64,000 bases of DNA from Bacteroidia bacterium (GCA_965655315.1 CBFHGJ010000009.1:26008-90007), one strand, 5' to 3'. Positions 17,695 through 28,316 are shown, counted from the stretch's first letter. The notes: generated from the letters alone by a model not told the origin. Program-made: numbers and translations.

Positions 17695-20600
17695 TTACTC
17701 TTCTTCTAGTTCGATTTTTTCTTCTGGATTTTCGATTTTCTTGATTGTCTCAATCTTCTCTCTACAGATATCTAGTAGGCCATCTTCCTCATTTTCATAG
17801 TTGTCAAGTATACTTTTTAAGGTAGCTTTCGCTTGGAAGTAATCTTCTTCTTTTACGTAAACATCGCTTAGTAGTATGAATCCTTTTACTACCCAAAAGT
17901 CATAAGCACTAAAATCTGCACTTAAATCAAAAACATTAGTTCTTGCCTTTTCTAGGTCATTCTGCTGATAGTAGATATAGGCTCTTTGATACAGGGCTTC
18001 AGCGGTCATAGCATTTTGACTTTCTTCTATGACATAATCAAAATGAAACTTAGCTGTTCGGAAGTTTTCATCTTTGAGTTGAATACGTCCGAGTGTCATA
18101 TTTGCTTCTACTAGATCATCTTTAGGCACATCTTCGATTGGAAGTAGCTGTATGGCCTTTTTCTTGGCTAGATCATAGTTCTCAAGTTCATAATGGCATC
18201 TCATCTGCCCCATAATAGAGCTGATAAAAGTACTTTTAGAAGCAGCTATTGGCTCTAACTTAGCATAATACCCTACAGCCTTCTGATATCCCTTTCTGTA
18301 GTAATAGGTAGAAGTTAGTTTGATAAGTGATTTCTCAGTGTACTCGTTTCTGCTCTGAGATACCACATAATCATAGTGTTTAAGGGCTTCGTCTTCTCTA
18401 TCTGTATAATAGTCAGCTTCGGCTTTGAAGTAGTGGGCCTGGATGATAAAGTATCCTTGATCTCCAAATCGTTTGATGTAATTACCTAGCTCTTTTGATG
18501 CTCCTGTATAATCCTTGTTATTATATACACTCATAGCGTGGTTATATATCACACTATCTTGTGCAGATAAACTTACTTCAGCTCCAGGTATATTTTTCAC
18601 GTAATCGAAATAACCTTGAGGATCTCCTTGATTGTTATAGATGATCTCAATGAAAGTGAGAGCTTCTTTTGAAGATATCGTTTTAGGAAAACGCTCTACA
18701 ACGGTTTTAAAGTATCCTAACGCAGCGTCATCTTTACTTTGATTATAGTTAATGAGTCCTAGTTTCAAGTAGGCTTGAGGTAGGTAAGGAGAATAGTCAT
18801 GTTGAGATATAATGACATTGAATATACTCTTTGCAGTACTGTAATTACCTAGAATAGTGTACTCATTTGCAATCTCGAATAAGGCATCGTCCAAGTATAT
18901 ACTTTTCTTAAAGTCATTCTGAATTTTCTTCAAGGCATTGATTTTTTCTGAGTGACGTTCTTGTAAACCGTAAAGCATGCCTTGTTGGTAAAGTGCATAA
19001 TCTGCTGATTTATAGTTGTTTTTAATGTAAAAATCATATTCAGATATAGCAGGAGAGTACTGACCGTTCAAAAAGTAGCAGTCCGCAAGTCGAATGGTAT
19101 TATCGAGATATATGGATTTATTTACCTCAGAATAAGTCTCATTTTGTTTGAATTTCGCAAAATAATTCTGTGCCTTAGGATAATCTTTCTTCTTCAGATA
19201 GTTATAACCCGTACTGTAGTAGCCGTAGGTCTTATTTTTACTTCTATCCCCTTTGTTATTACTCATAAATCGGTTCATCAGTTTCAAGCTTTCGTCGTAA
19301 TCGTTCACTTTGTACGCTATTTCAGCTTGCCAGAAGTAAGCTAAAGCCGCTAACTCTTCATCCTTTGGGTATTTTAGAGATTTTTGAAAGAAAATATTTG
19401 CGGTTTGCAGTTCATTATTGAGATACAATTCTTCACCTCTGTGAAAGGTTAATTCCTGATAGGCTTTTTTTGAATCGTTGTTTAAATCTCCAATATCTTC
19501 CAGTACTGCGATGGCTGCCTTGTAGTTTTTTGTACTCAAAAAGATATCTGCCATCATCGATTTAGCCTCGTTTGAGTATTTTGAGTTTGGGTATTGCTCT
19601 AGGAACTGCTTTATTGCTGTTACAGCAGTAGAGTTCTTACCCAGTTCAGTAGCTAACTTAGCATAGTTATATGCAGCTATTTCTGTGATTTCTTTATCGT
19701 AATTCTTACGTTTTGCTTCGGCGAATGCATTTAATGCACGATTTTTCTTTTCTATTTTTACATCAGACACCCCTAAGTGATAGTTCGCTGCTTGTCCCAT
19801 TTCACTATCCTCATTGGCTATCAAAATGAAGAATTGTGTAGATTTTTCAAACTTGTCTGCTGCATAATTAGCGTGAGCTATTTGATAGATTTCGTCAGGT
19901 TGTAGCTCTTTTACATCTTGTTGATACTTATCAAAATGACTAAGTGCCACACTTAGGTTGCCTAGCTGATACTGAATCTTGCCTGTAAGTAGAGCAATCT
20001 CATTTTCTCGTTTCCTTATTCTAATATCTTTTACTATCCCAAAGGCCTTTTCATACTCTTCTTTTTCATAGTACATCTGAGCGAGGTACAATTGCATGGT
20101 CTTTGGACCTTTATTTCCTATTTTTTCGAATGTAGCAATCGCACAGCTATATTCTTTTAATACATAGCATTGGTATCCGTAGTAGTAATTTGCCTCTACA
20201 GCATATTTACCATCCCCGTTCATTATTTTTCTGAATTCGTTTCGGGCGGATTCGTAATTTTTATTCTTGAAATAACTGTATCCTTTCTTAAATGCTAATT
20301 CTTCTCTTTGTGCCTTGGAAACATCTGTTTCTTCGATTTTTTCAAGGTATTTTAATACTCGTGAGTATTTCTGATCATTAAAATAGTGCAGACCAAGCTC
20401 ATAGGTTATTTCAGTATTTAGTTTATGCTCAGGTTCTGAACGTAGAAATTTTGCAAGATCTCTAGTTGCTCCTTGCTTATCTAGTTTGAGCCGAGCTAAT
20501 TTAGTATAGGCTTGAGCTTCATAAGTAAAGTTAGGTCCTGGGTTGGTAGCTAAGAATTTACTAAACTCTTGTATAGATGGAACATACTGTTGTTTTATGT

Positions 20601-20727
20601 ATAGTCTTTTTGCGTGCTCAAATAGAGGAGAGGATTCAGTATATTCTTTCGTCTTCTGAGCATTGGTGATTAAAGCAGTACAGCTGAAAAGCAGTGTAAG
20701 AAGGAGTATAGAATGTAATCTATTCAT
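17695..20727 (-). CDS. large tetratricopeptide-repeat (TPR) protein, secreted
   Basis: 1010 aa; signal peptide MNRLHSILLLTLLFSCTALITNAQ; many 34-residue TPR-like units (W/Y-LG-Y-A-F-P patterns) throughout. Confidence 0.75.
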   Translation of the reverse strand: MNRLHSILLLTLLFSCTALITNAQKTKEYTESSPLFEHAKRLYIKQQYVPSIQEFSKFLATNPGPNFTYEAQAYTKLARLKLDKQGATRDLAKFLRSEPEHKLNTEITYELGLHYFNDQKYSRVLKYLEKIEETDVSKAQREELAFKKGYSYFKNKNYESARNEFRKIMNGDGKYAVEANYYYGYQCYVLKEYSCAIATFEKIGNKGPKTMQLYLAQMYYEKEEYEKAFGIVKDIRIRKRENEIALLTGKIQYQLGNLSVALSHFDKYQQDVKELQPDEIYQIAHANYAADKFEKSTQFFILIANEDSEMGQAANYHLGVSDVKIEKKNRALNAFAEAKRKNYDKEITEIAAYNYAKLATELGKNSTAVTAIKQFLEQYPNSKYSNEAKSMMADIFLSTKNYKAAIAVLEDIGDLNNDSKKAYQELTFHRGEELYLNNELQTANIFFQKSLKYPKDEELAALAYFWQAEIAYKVNDYDESLKLMNRFMSNNKGDRSKNKTYGYYSTGYNYLKKKDYPKAQNYFAKFKQNETYSEVNKSIYLDNTIRLADCYFLNGQYSPAISEYDFYIKNNYKSADYALYQQGMLYGLQERHSEKINALKKIQNDFKKSIYLDDALFEIANEYTILGNYSTAKSIFNVIISQHDYSPYLPQAYLKLGLINYNQSKDDAALGYFKTVVERFPKTISSKEALTFIEIIYNNQGDPQGYFDYVKNIPGAEVSLSAQDSVIYNHAMSVYNNKDYTGASKELGNYIKRFGDQGYFIIQAHYFKAEADYYTDREDEALKHYDYVVSQSRNEYTEKSLIKLTSTYYYRKGYQKAVGYYAKLEPIAASKSTFISSIMGQMRCHYELENYDLAKKKAIQLLPIEDVPKDDLVEANMTLGRIQLKDENFRTAKFHFDYVIEESQNAMTAEALYQRAYIYYQQNDLEKARTNVFDLSADFSAYDFWVVKGFILLSDVYVKEEDYFQAKATLKSILDNYENEEDGLLDICREKIETIKKIENPEEKIELEEE

Positions 20728-20915
20728 TAGTCTGTGCGAATTCGCTTCAAAATAACTCTGAAAAGGTGGGATAAAGTATTCTAATTGCCCACAATCTATT
20801 AAGGAATTACTGCGTACATGATCAAAAAAAATCCTTTCAATTTTATTTTAATTGAACAGGGTAATACTATATTCGCACCCGCTTTTGAAGCACAGAGCAT
20901 TTGTTCTGATTTTAT

Positions 20916-20990
20916 GGTGGTTGTAGCTCAGTTGGTTAGAGCACCGGTTTGTGGTACCGGGGGTCGTGGGTTCGAGCCCCATCTTCCACC
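20916..20990 (+). tRNA. tRNA-His (anticodon GTG) with G-1
   Basis: gGTGGTTGTAGCTCAGTTGGTTAGAGCACCGGTTTGTGGTACCGGGGGTCGTGGGTTCGAGCCCCATCTTCCACC: anticodon loop TTGTGGT, extra 5' G pairing with discriminator C; note two T:T mismatches in the acceptor stem. Confidence 0.8.
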
Positions 20991-20993
20991 CAG

Positions 20994-21027
20994 AAAAGTC
21001 CGACTATTTCAGTCGGACTTTTTTTAT
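20994..21027 (+). terminator. rho-independent terminator after tRNA-His
   Basis: AAAGTCCGACT atttc AGTCGGACTTTTTTTAT. Confidence 0.85.
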
Positions 21028-21093
21028 TGATCATTTTTAGATCATCTCAAGTCAATTACTTATGGGCTATCATTTTTGTTAAATTTGCATCAA

Positions 21094-21548
21094 TGAAAAA
21101 TATAGTAATTCTCTCCATTATCTTTTTTGCGGTAGCTTGTAATTCAAGCGACAAGTCTCAAGAAACTGCTTCTGAATCTGAAGAAGTGATTGAAGCAGTA
21201 GAGGAAAATGCATCTACAAACGGCGTATCTTTTAATGGTTTGGAAGATGGTTCTACACTTTCTTCTCCGTTCTTATTAGAAATGGGAGTAGAAGGTATGA
21301 TAGTAAAGCCCAAAGGTGCACCAAGAGAAGGTTATGGTCATCATCATTTACTCATCAATGATGATTATGCTCCTGCAGGTACGGTAATTGTGGCGGATGA
21401 TACTCACATCCATTATGGAGGTGGACAAACATCTGATTCAATAGCTCTAGAGCCAGGGGAGTACAAGTTGACTTTACAGTTTGCTGATGGTATGCACGTA
21501 TCCTACGGTGAACAATGGGCTAAATCTATTAACGTTACCGTAGAGTAG
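21094..21548 (+). CDS. hypothetical lipoprotein (DUF4399-like, His-rich GYGHHHL motif)
   Basis: ATG 21094 gives MKNIVILSIIFFAVACNSSD lipoprotein signal; the longer listed ORFs (20818.., 20949..) run through the tRNA and are not credible. Confidence 0.6.
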
Positions 21549-21559
21549 ATTTTTGTCGT

Positions 21560-22618
21560 TTGTTTCCTTGGAGTAATCTAATGCTTGCAGGCGTGCGTAA
21601 AGCTGCATTTGCTCTTTGTTTCAGTTTACTCCTTCTTACTAAATTTGGTTTTGGTCAGAATACTAATTTCAAATCAAACATCCTTCTTTCTCAGGTATTT
21701 TCAGATTACAATGCTGTCCTATTAGACGGTGATCCTACACCATTTGATAGTAGTCTATCATTGACAAACAGATTAAGTTATCAAAGGAGTTACAATAATA
21801 GATGGGAAGGATATGCTGGGTTATCCAATGGTTTTAGACAGTATTACACGATTGAAAATGAAGACTATAATAAGGTGTACTCATTTGCAGTAGATGCTGG
21901 AATAAAATATGTGCTATTTGCTCAACCAAACAACAGATAGCTAAGGAGGTTTTCACCATTTTTATCTGCAGGCTACTACTTAGAATACTTACGCGGATTA
22001 AGAGAAACAGAAAACCAGCTGTATTTATCAAATGGCCAATATGGTTTGGGGTTTGTTTCAGAATTTTCTCCAAGGTTGGGATTGCAAAGCAGCGTAATAA
22101 TTACTCAGAAACTACAAGATGATTTTAATACATTCTTACAATACAGAGCTGGGCTCTATTTCAAAGTAGGTAAATCTCAAAGCACACCCATCGAAAATAT
22201 TGAGGAGATTGATAATCCAGTTGTTGAAGGAGTAATTGAACCTGAATATTTAGTCAACTTAAGAGATAGTATTGATCAGGTATCTCAATGATTTGACTCC
22301 TTAAACAGCTCTAATTTGACCAAGATAAAGAGGTTAGAGCAATTGAATAAAGTGCTGAAAGATTCGTTGTCTAGTAACGAAAAGCAATCGATTCAGAGAT
22401 ACTTTGTCGTCGTCTTTTCTTCCAAAAGCTTGGAATCCATCAATACATTTGAAAAACGAATCGCAAAAAAGAATTACAAAACCGTAGTCTTGGAAAATCA
22501 AGCTGCTGGAAATTATAGATTAGCCATCCCTGCTTGCGATGACTATAGCAAAGCGGCAGTCGTATTGAATCAGGTTAGAGATTTAGTCACTGCTATTGCG
22601 TGGTTACTTTATCAGTGA
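21560..22618 (+). pseudogene. single reading frame (~352 codons) interrupted by two in-frame stops: signal-peptide protein with C-terminal SPOR-like domain
   Basis: ORFs 21560-21940, 22046-22291 and 22316-22618 are all in the same frame; the intervening stretches are open; the only interruptions are TAG 21938-21940 and TGA 22289-22291; C-terminal part resembles SPOR (…YFVVVFSSKSLESINTFEKRIAKKNYKTVVLENQAAGNYRLAI…). Confidence 0.55.
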
Positions 22619-22730
22619 CATTTCTGCTCAAATAAGCTTTTTTCGGTCTTTAAGCATTAGGTTTTTATCGATATCATGTGGAATTGTAGGTAGATAATGC
22701 TCTATTTGCAGAAAATAAATTTATCACTTA

Positions 22731-25565
22731 ATGAAACACATATCATTTTTATTTAACTTATTAATTTTAAGCATGTTAGCTACAGCTCAGAGCAATTTTA
22801 AGCTCGTAGAAAAGATAGAACCTCAAGAAGGTAAAGTAATCATACCTTATGAAAAGTACACCTTACCTGTAAATGACCTTACACTAATTATCCATGAAGA
22901 TCATTCAGATCCAATTGTACACGTACAAGTAGCATATCATGTAGGGAGTGCACGTGAAAGTGCTAGAAATAGTGGTTTCGCTCACTTTTTTGAGCATATG
23001 ATGTTTCAAGGTTCTGGAAATGTAGCGGATGAAGAACATTTTAAAATAATAAGTGAGGCAGGTGGTACCAATAATGCCTTTACTTCTTTCGATAAAACAG
23101 TTTATCACCAAACTGCACCTTCTAATCTTACAGAGACAATGCTTTGGTTAGAAGCAGATAGAATGGGAACTCATCTAGAAGGTTTTACTCAGGAAAAATT
23201 CGAAAATCAAAGAGATGCGGTTAAAAATGAAAAGCGTCAGCGTTATGATAACCAGCCTTATGGTATGGTAAGTGAAATATTATTTAAGACTATGTTTTAC
23301 GATCATCCTTATGAGTGGACTCCAATAGGATTCGTAGACGATTTAGACATAGCTACTTATGACGACTTAAAAAACTTCTTCTTAAGATGGTATGGTCCAA
23401 ATAACGCTACATTGGTAGTAGCTGGAGATGTGAACCCTGAAGAGGTGAAAATCTGGGCTGAGAAATACTTTGGAGGTATAGCTAAGTGCCCTGAAGTAAA
23501 AGATATGTATCCTAAAAAGCCTCTATTGACTAAAGACCGTTATGTGAATTCGACTGATAACATTTATGCTCCATTGACCATATTTACTTTCCCAACTGTA
23601 CCAGAATATCACAAAGATGAGGCGGCATTAGATATTTTAGCAGAGATATTAGGTGGTGGGAATAATTCAATACTTTACAAAAACTTAACTAAAGAAGAAT
23701 TAGCTCTTCAAGCTGGTGCTGGTCATTCTGCTCTTGAGTTGGCTGGTGTATTGCAGGTGCAAGTAGTTACTAAACCTGCAATGGCTGGAGGTCTTACTTT
23801 CAAAGAAACTGAGGATAAAATAAGAGCCTCTCTAGCAGAGTTTGAAACAAGAGGAGTTACTGATGAAGATATGGGTATTGTTAAGTCTAGAGTATTGACT
23901 TCAACTTACGGTGCTCTTACTAGTGTACAATCTAAGGCTTTGACATTGAGTCAGTTTGATATGATGAAAGATGATAGTTATAATCTTCAAGATGAGATTG
24001 ATAGATATAATGCGGTAACCAAAGAAGATATAGTAAGGGTATATAATAAGTATATAAAAAATAGGAAGGCAGTAATTCTTAGGGTAGAAAGAGAAGCAAA
24101 AAAGGATGAGGATGACGATACACCTAAGAGTATTAACCCAAGAGCAGATCAGCCTAAGAAAACTGATAAGCAGTATGAAGGTCTATCGTATACACCACCA
24201 AAGGACAATTTTGACAGATCAGAACGTCCTGTTACACCTAAAGCGAAAGCATTGACTCTTCCAGAGTTCTATGAAACTAAATTTGATAATGGGTTGAAAG
24301 TAATTGGTACCAAGAGTTCTGAAGCTCCTTTGGTATATTTCTACATAGAAATGGAAGGTGGACATCTCCTGTCAGCTGATAAAAAAGTACGAACAGGTAC
24401 AGCTATGATGACTTCGTCTATGATGGGTGAAGGAACTTCTAAGCTGACTACTGAAGAGTTTTCAAGAGAACTTGATAAGTTAGGTAGTAGCATTAGATTT
24501 AATAGCGGTACGATGTCGAGTTCAGTATTTGTAAGCACTCTTGCGGAGAATGTAGATGCGACATTAGCACTACTAAAAGATGCTTTGTTTGAACCAAGAT
24601 TTGATGAGAAGGACTTCAAGCGAATCAAAGATCAGATAATAGAAGGATTACAAAATCAAAAGTCTAGTCCATCTGTAATGGCTTCTAAAGCTTGGAATAA
24701 AATAATGTATGAGGGTACAATTTTAGAGCAGTACTATTACGGTGATTTCAAGTCATTGAATAAAATAAGTCTAGATGATGTAAAATCATTCTACAAGACA
24801 TATTACTCTCCAAATGTGAGTACGTTAGTAGTTTCTGGAGATATCTCTAAAGAAGATGCCTTAAGTAAGTTGTCATTTCTAAAAGAATGGGAAAACACTA
24901 ATGTTACGGTTCCTACTATTCCAGCATTAAAAATGCCAGAGAAAACTACCGTATATCTTGTAGATAAGCCATATGCTGCTCAAAGTACTGTATATGCTGG
25001 TCACCCAGGTCCTAAGTTTGACTACAACGGAGACTACTTCAAAGCAGGAGTTATGAACTTTGCCTTAGGTGGAGCTTTCAACAGTAGAATCAATCTTAAT
25101 CTTAGAGAAGATAAAGGTTATACGTATGGAGCAAGATCTAGATTTAGCGGAAACAAGCAGTATGGAGTATATAGATTTAGCTCTGAGATTAAGAAAGAAG
25201 CAACTGACAGTGCTATCCGTGAATTAATGAAGGAAGTAAAAGGATTTGCTACTAAGGGAATCACTGAAGAAGAATTAGCATTCACTAAGAGTTCTATAAC
25301 ATTAAGTGAGGCATTGGACTACGAAACGCCATTTGATAAGCTTAATTTCTTAAGCCGAATAGCGGAGAATGAGTTACCAAAGGATTTCACTACACAACAA
25401 GCAGCAATGATTAATGAAATGACTGCGAGTGATGTAAATGCTTTGGCTTCTAAGCTTTTAAAGCCTGAGAATATGGTCATCATAGTCGTAGGTCACGCTT
25501 ATAAAATAAGAGAAGGGTTAAACAACCTTGGCTATGGTAAGATCGAAGAAATTACAGTAGACTAG
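22731..25565 (+). CDS. M16-family zinc peptidase (insulinase-like), tandem two-unit form
   Basis: 944 aa; signal peptide; inverted zinc motif HFFEHMMFQGS (HxxEH) near N-terminus; second inactive M16 half. Confidence 0.9.
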   Translation: MKHISFLFNLLILSMLATAQSNFKLVEKIEPQEGKVIIPYEKYTLPVNDLTLIIHEDHSDPIVHVQVAYHVGSARESARNSGFAHFFEHMMFQGSGNVADEEHFKIISEAGGTNNAFTSFDKTVYHQTAPSNLTETMLWLEADRMGTHLEGFTQEKFENQRDAVKNEKRQRYDNQPYGMVSEILFKTMFYDHPYEWTPIGFVDDLDIATYDDLKNFFLRWYGPNNATLVVAGDVNPEEVKIWAEKYFGGIAKCPEVKDMYPKKPLLTKDRYVNSTDNIYAPLTIFTFPTVPEYHKDEAALDILAEILGGGNNSILYKNLTKEELALQAGAGHSALELAGVLQVQVVTKPAMAGGLTFKETEDKIRASLAEFETRGVTDEDMGIVKSRVLTSTYGALTSVQSKALTLSQFDMMKDDSYNLQDEIDRYNAVTKEDIVRVYNKYIKNRKAVILRVEREAKKDEDDDTPKSINPRADQPKKTDKQYEGLSYTPPKDNFDRSERPVTPKAKALTLPEFYETKFDNGLKVIGTKSSEAPLVYFYIEMEGGHLLSADKKVRTGTAMMTSSMMGEGTSKLTTEEFSRELDKLGSSIRFNSGTMSSSVFVSTLAENVDATLALLKDALFEPRFDEKDFKRIKDQIIEGLQNQKSSPSVMASKAWNKIMYEGTILEQYYYGDFKSLNKISLDDVKSFYKTYYSPNVSTLVVSGDISKEDALSKLSFLKEWENTNVTVPTIPALKMPEKTTVYLVDKPYAAQSTVYAGHPGPKFDYNGDYFKAGVMNFALGGAFNSRINLNLREDKGYTYGARSRFSGNKQYGVYRFSSEIKKEATDSAIRELMKEVKGFATKGITEEELAFTKSSITLSEALDYETPFDKLNFLSRIAENELPKDFTTQQAAMINEMTASDVNALASKLLKPENMVIIVVGHAYKIREGLNNLGYGKIEEITVD

Positions 25566-25587
25566 GTAGTAGGAACGATACTAAATT

Positions 25588-25624
25588 AAAAGTCGCTTAG
25601 AATACCCTAAGCGACTTTTTTATT
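25588..25624 (+). terminator. rho-independent terminator of M16 peptidase gene
   Basis: AAAGTCGCTTAG aataccc CTAAGCGACTTTTTTTAT. Confidence 0.85.
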
Positions 25625-25634
25625 TCCTGTTAAA

Positions 25635-25670
25635 CTAAAAAAGCCAGACTCTATAAAGTCTGGCTTTAGC
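25635..25670 (-). terminator. rho-independent terminator of slyD (read on minus strand)
   Basis: AAAGCCAGACT ctataa AGTCTGGCTTT; on the minus strand the hairpin is followed by T6. Confidence 0.75.
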
Positions 25671-25694
25671 TTATTGTTAAAATTCTATTTAAAA

Positions 25695-26186
25695 CTAGTG
25701 ATTGTGTCCACCAGGGCCATGAACGTGTCCGTGGCTGATCTCTTCTGATGTAGCTTCTCTTAAACTTGCTATACTACCCGTAAAATGTAGCTCCTTACCA
25801 GCAAGTTGATGATTGAAATCCATTGTGACTGTATCTTCACCGATGGCTTGTACAACGCCTACCATAGGCTGACCGTCTTGATTCGTCAGTTGAAGTTGAG
25901 CACCTTCAAATACTTCAGTACTCATACTACCATCTACTAAGAATATCTGCTTGTCTAAATCTACTACAGCTTCTGCATTTAACTCTCCATAACCTTCTTT
26001 AGGCTCTACTTGGAAATCAAATGATTCACCTTCAGATAAACCTTCTAATTGGCCTTCAAAGCCTGGAATCATCATTCCGTGACCGTGTAAATACATCAGT
26101 GGTTTGTCTCCTGAAGCATCAAGCTGCTGACCATCCACTTCTAATACATAGTTTACGCCTACTACAGCGTCTTTGCTTATTTTCAT
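25695..26186 (-). CDS. slyD: FKBP-type peptidyl-prolyl cis-trans isomerase SlyD
   Basis: MKISKDAVVGVNYVLEVDGQ... FKBP domain with IF insert and His-rich tail HGHVHGPGGHNH; start taken at 4th codon of listed ORF (MKISKD). Confidence 0.85.
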   Translation of the reverse strand: MKISKDAVVGVNYVLEVDGQQLDASGDKPLMYLHGHGMMIPGFEGQLEGLSEGESFDFQVEPKEGYGELNAEAVVDLDKQIFLVDGSMSTEVFEGAQLQLTNQDGQPMVGVVQAIGEDTVTMDFNHQLAGKELHFTGSIASLREATSEEISHGHVHGPGGHNH

Positions 26187-26246
26187 GAGGTGCAAAGGTA
26201 GTAAACTAGAATAACTGAGTAGCTATTTTTACTATTTTCGCCGCCC

Positions 26247-26651
26247 GTGAAATATAGTCGAATAGAGAAGGACGAATTAGAAAAACTAGAGAAAGAGTTT
26301 GTTGATTTTTTAGTTGTTAATGGAATTACAGCTGAAGACTGGTTAGCAATCAAAGAGAATGAACCATTGAATGCAGATGAGATTATTAATCAATTTAGCG
26401 ACGTAGTTTGGGAAAGTATTCTTAGAAGTACTAAATACTTAATGAAAGTAGAGGAGAACGCTGCTTACTATTTTTATTGTGGTGAAGATAATATTCAGCT
26501 AATACGCGTGATTAAAAAGGAGGGAGGTAGAGCTGAAAAACAAATGTTAGATAAATCTTACGCAAAGACAAGAGAACTAGAGATCTTTGAAATGATATCG
26601 AATGGATGTGTGATTTGTGAAGGAGATGAATACAACCAGCTAAAGTCTTAA
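26247..26651 (+). CDS. hypothetical protein
   Basis: 134-aa ORF with GTG start; acidic/helical; no motif recognised. Confidence 0.4.
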   Translation: MKYSRIEKDELEKLEKEFVDFLVVNGITAEDWLAIKENEPLNADEIINQFSDVVWESILRSTKYLMKVEENAAYYFYCGEDNIQLIRVIKKEGGRAEKQMLDKSYAKTRELEIFEMISNGCVICEGDEYNQLKS

Positions 26652-26655
26652 TAAC

Positions 26656-27363
26656 TTATTCTTTTACCCGAGGAGCTTCTTCATCTAGTTTATCGTTAGA
26701 CTTTAAATAGGTGTTGGGTAGAATTTCCTTGGCGGTGTAAGTCACTTTATAGGTATAATAGTCCAATTCATATTTTAAAAATAATGCCCCATTAGTTTCT
26801 TCTATGAAGTAGTTGAAAAGTTCATCATTTACGTTTGCGTACTTTGACTTATCAATACGTATAGTTTCATCATACCAGTATTTAATTGCTAGAAAGTTAC
26901 CTTTTGCCATTGGATATGGGCTTTCTTGAGCAGCAATTGCTACTTGTTTCAGCTCACGATCTAATAGCTTCAATGATTCGTTTGATGTTCTTAGGTCGTT
27001 TAGTTTTGAATAATTTCGTTTTTCAAGAGAGTGTACATGGAGAGAATCAGAATCGTTGTACTTTTCGAGCACCTCTTTATCTTCTAAATCTATATAGCGG
27101 ATGTCATATCCAACAGTGCTATCTGAACCTTTATACAAGCGTTGAATATCCCCATTTTTATAAATAGTCAAGTGCATTTCATTTCCCAAAACACTCGCTA
27201 GATTACCTTCATATTTTCCTTTTAGTGGTGATTCAACTTCAATATCATAAACAATAGTGCCTCTGAATAATGGAATTTTCTCACCTGAAGGAGTTGTGAA
27301 TTTCTTATTACAACCGATGGATAGTACAGAAACAAGGAATAAGATACTATAGAGATACTTCAT
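26656..27363 (-). CDS. hypothetical lipoprotein
   Basis: 235 aa; signal peptide + Cys (ILFLVSVLSIGCNKK). Confidence 0.5.
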   Translation of the reverse strand: MKYLYSILFLVSVLSIGCNKKFTTPSGEKIPLFRGTIVYDIEVESPLKGKYEGNLASVLGNEMHLTIYKNGDIQRLYKGSDSTVGYDIRYIDLEDKEVLEKYNDSDSLHVHSLEKRNYSKLNDLRTSNESLKLLDRELKQVAIAAQESPYPMAKGNFLAIKYWYDETIRIDKSKYANVNDELFNYFIEETNGALFLKYELDYYTYKVTYTAKEILPNTYLKSNDKLDEEAPRVKE

Positions 27364-27382
27364 AGATTATAAGCAACAATTT

Positions 27383-28255
27383 TTATTCCGCTTTTGACTT
27401 TACAACTATTCTTTTTACTGGCTCAACCAACAACAAGACAATAAAACCAATTACTAGGCCTAAAACTAAATCATTCAATATCGGTGGAATACCATGAACC
27501 AAATCGTGAATAAAATCAATATTATGTCTGAAAATACCTCCAGAGACTAAAAATAGAGCTACTGTACCTACAAATGAGAGTGTTTTAATCACCCAAGGAA
27601 GACCTTTAACTAACAATTTTCCAATTCTCGAGCTGAATTCACTACTGTTAGATTTGATCATTCTATAGCCTAAATCATCCATCCTCACGATAAGAGCAAC
27701 TACTCCATAAACACCAACTGTAGCCAAAATGGCAATGAATGATACTACAAAGATTTGAACCATCATCTCTGCTTCAGTAACTGTACTCAGGGCTATTATT
27801 ATAATTTCAATAGATAGAATAAAATCTACTAATAGAGCCGATTTCACCTTTGTGTTTTCATAAACCTGATAGTCATCCTCATTTAATTCTTCGTGAAGTT
27901 TTTGAACTTGTTTCTTATCGGAATGAAAAAATATGTGATACACCTTGTGGGCACCTTCATAGGCTAAATAGAGACCTCCAAATAGCAGTATTATGGTGAC
28001 TGCTAGTGGCACAAATACACTCAATAGAAAAGCTACAGGTAAAATTATTAGTTTATTGAGAAATGAACCTTTGGTAATTTTCCATAAAACAGGTAGTTCT
28101 CGTTTGTTCAAAAAGCCTGAAGACTTTTCTGCATTTACTGCTAAATCATCACCTAATATTCCAGCGGTCTTTTTAGTGGCAATTTTTGTCATGCTTGCCA
28201 CGTCATCCATGAGTAATACTATGTCGTCAAATAGTGCAAAGAAAGATGATGACAT
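27383..28255 (-). CDS. DUF808 (YedI-like) inner-membrane protein
   Basis: 290 aa; N-terminus MSSSFFALFDDIVLLMDDVASMTKIATKKTAGILGDDLAVNAEK characteristic of the DUF808 family; several TM segments. Confidence 0.6.
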   Translation of the reverse strand: MSSSFFALFDDIVLLMDDVASMTKIATKKTAGILGDDLAVNAEKSSGFLNKRELPVLWKITKGSFLNKLIILPVAFLLSVFVPLAVTIILLFGGLYLAYEGAHKVYHIFFHSDKKQVQKLHEELNEDDYQVYENTKVKSALLVDFILSIEIIIIALSTVTEAEMMVQIFVVSFIAILATVGVYGVVALIVRMDDLGYRMIKSNSSEFSSRIGKLLVKGLPWVIKTLSFVGTVALFLVSGGIFRHNIDFIHDLVHGIPPILNDLVLGLVIGFIVLLLVEPVKRIVVKSKAE

Positions 28256-28316
28256 AATCTGTAGTAATTGGTTTTAGGAAACAAATATAGCCTTAGACTT
28301 AAATCGTTTGGTCAAT

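Noticed and set aside
20818-21548. Long listed ORFs 20818-21030 and 20949-21548 spanning tRNA-His
   Set aside because: They translate through the tRNA and its terminator. The credible CDS begins at ATG 21094 with a lipoprotein signal peptide.
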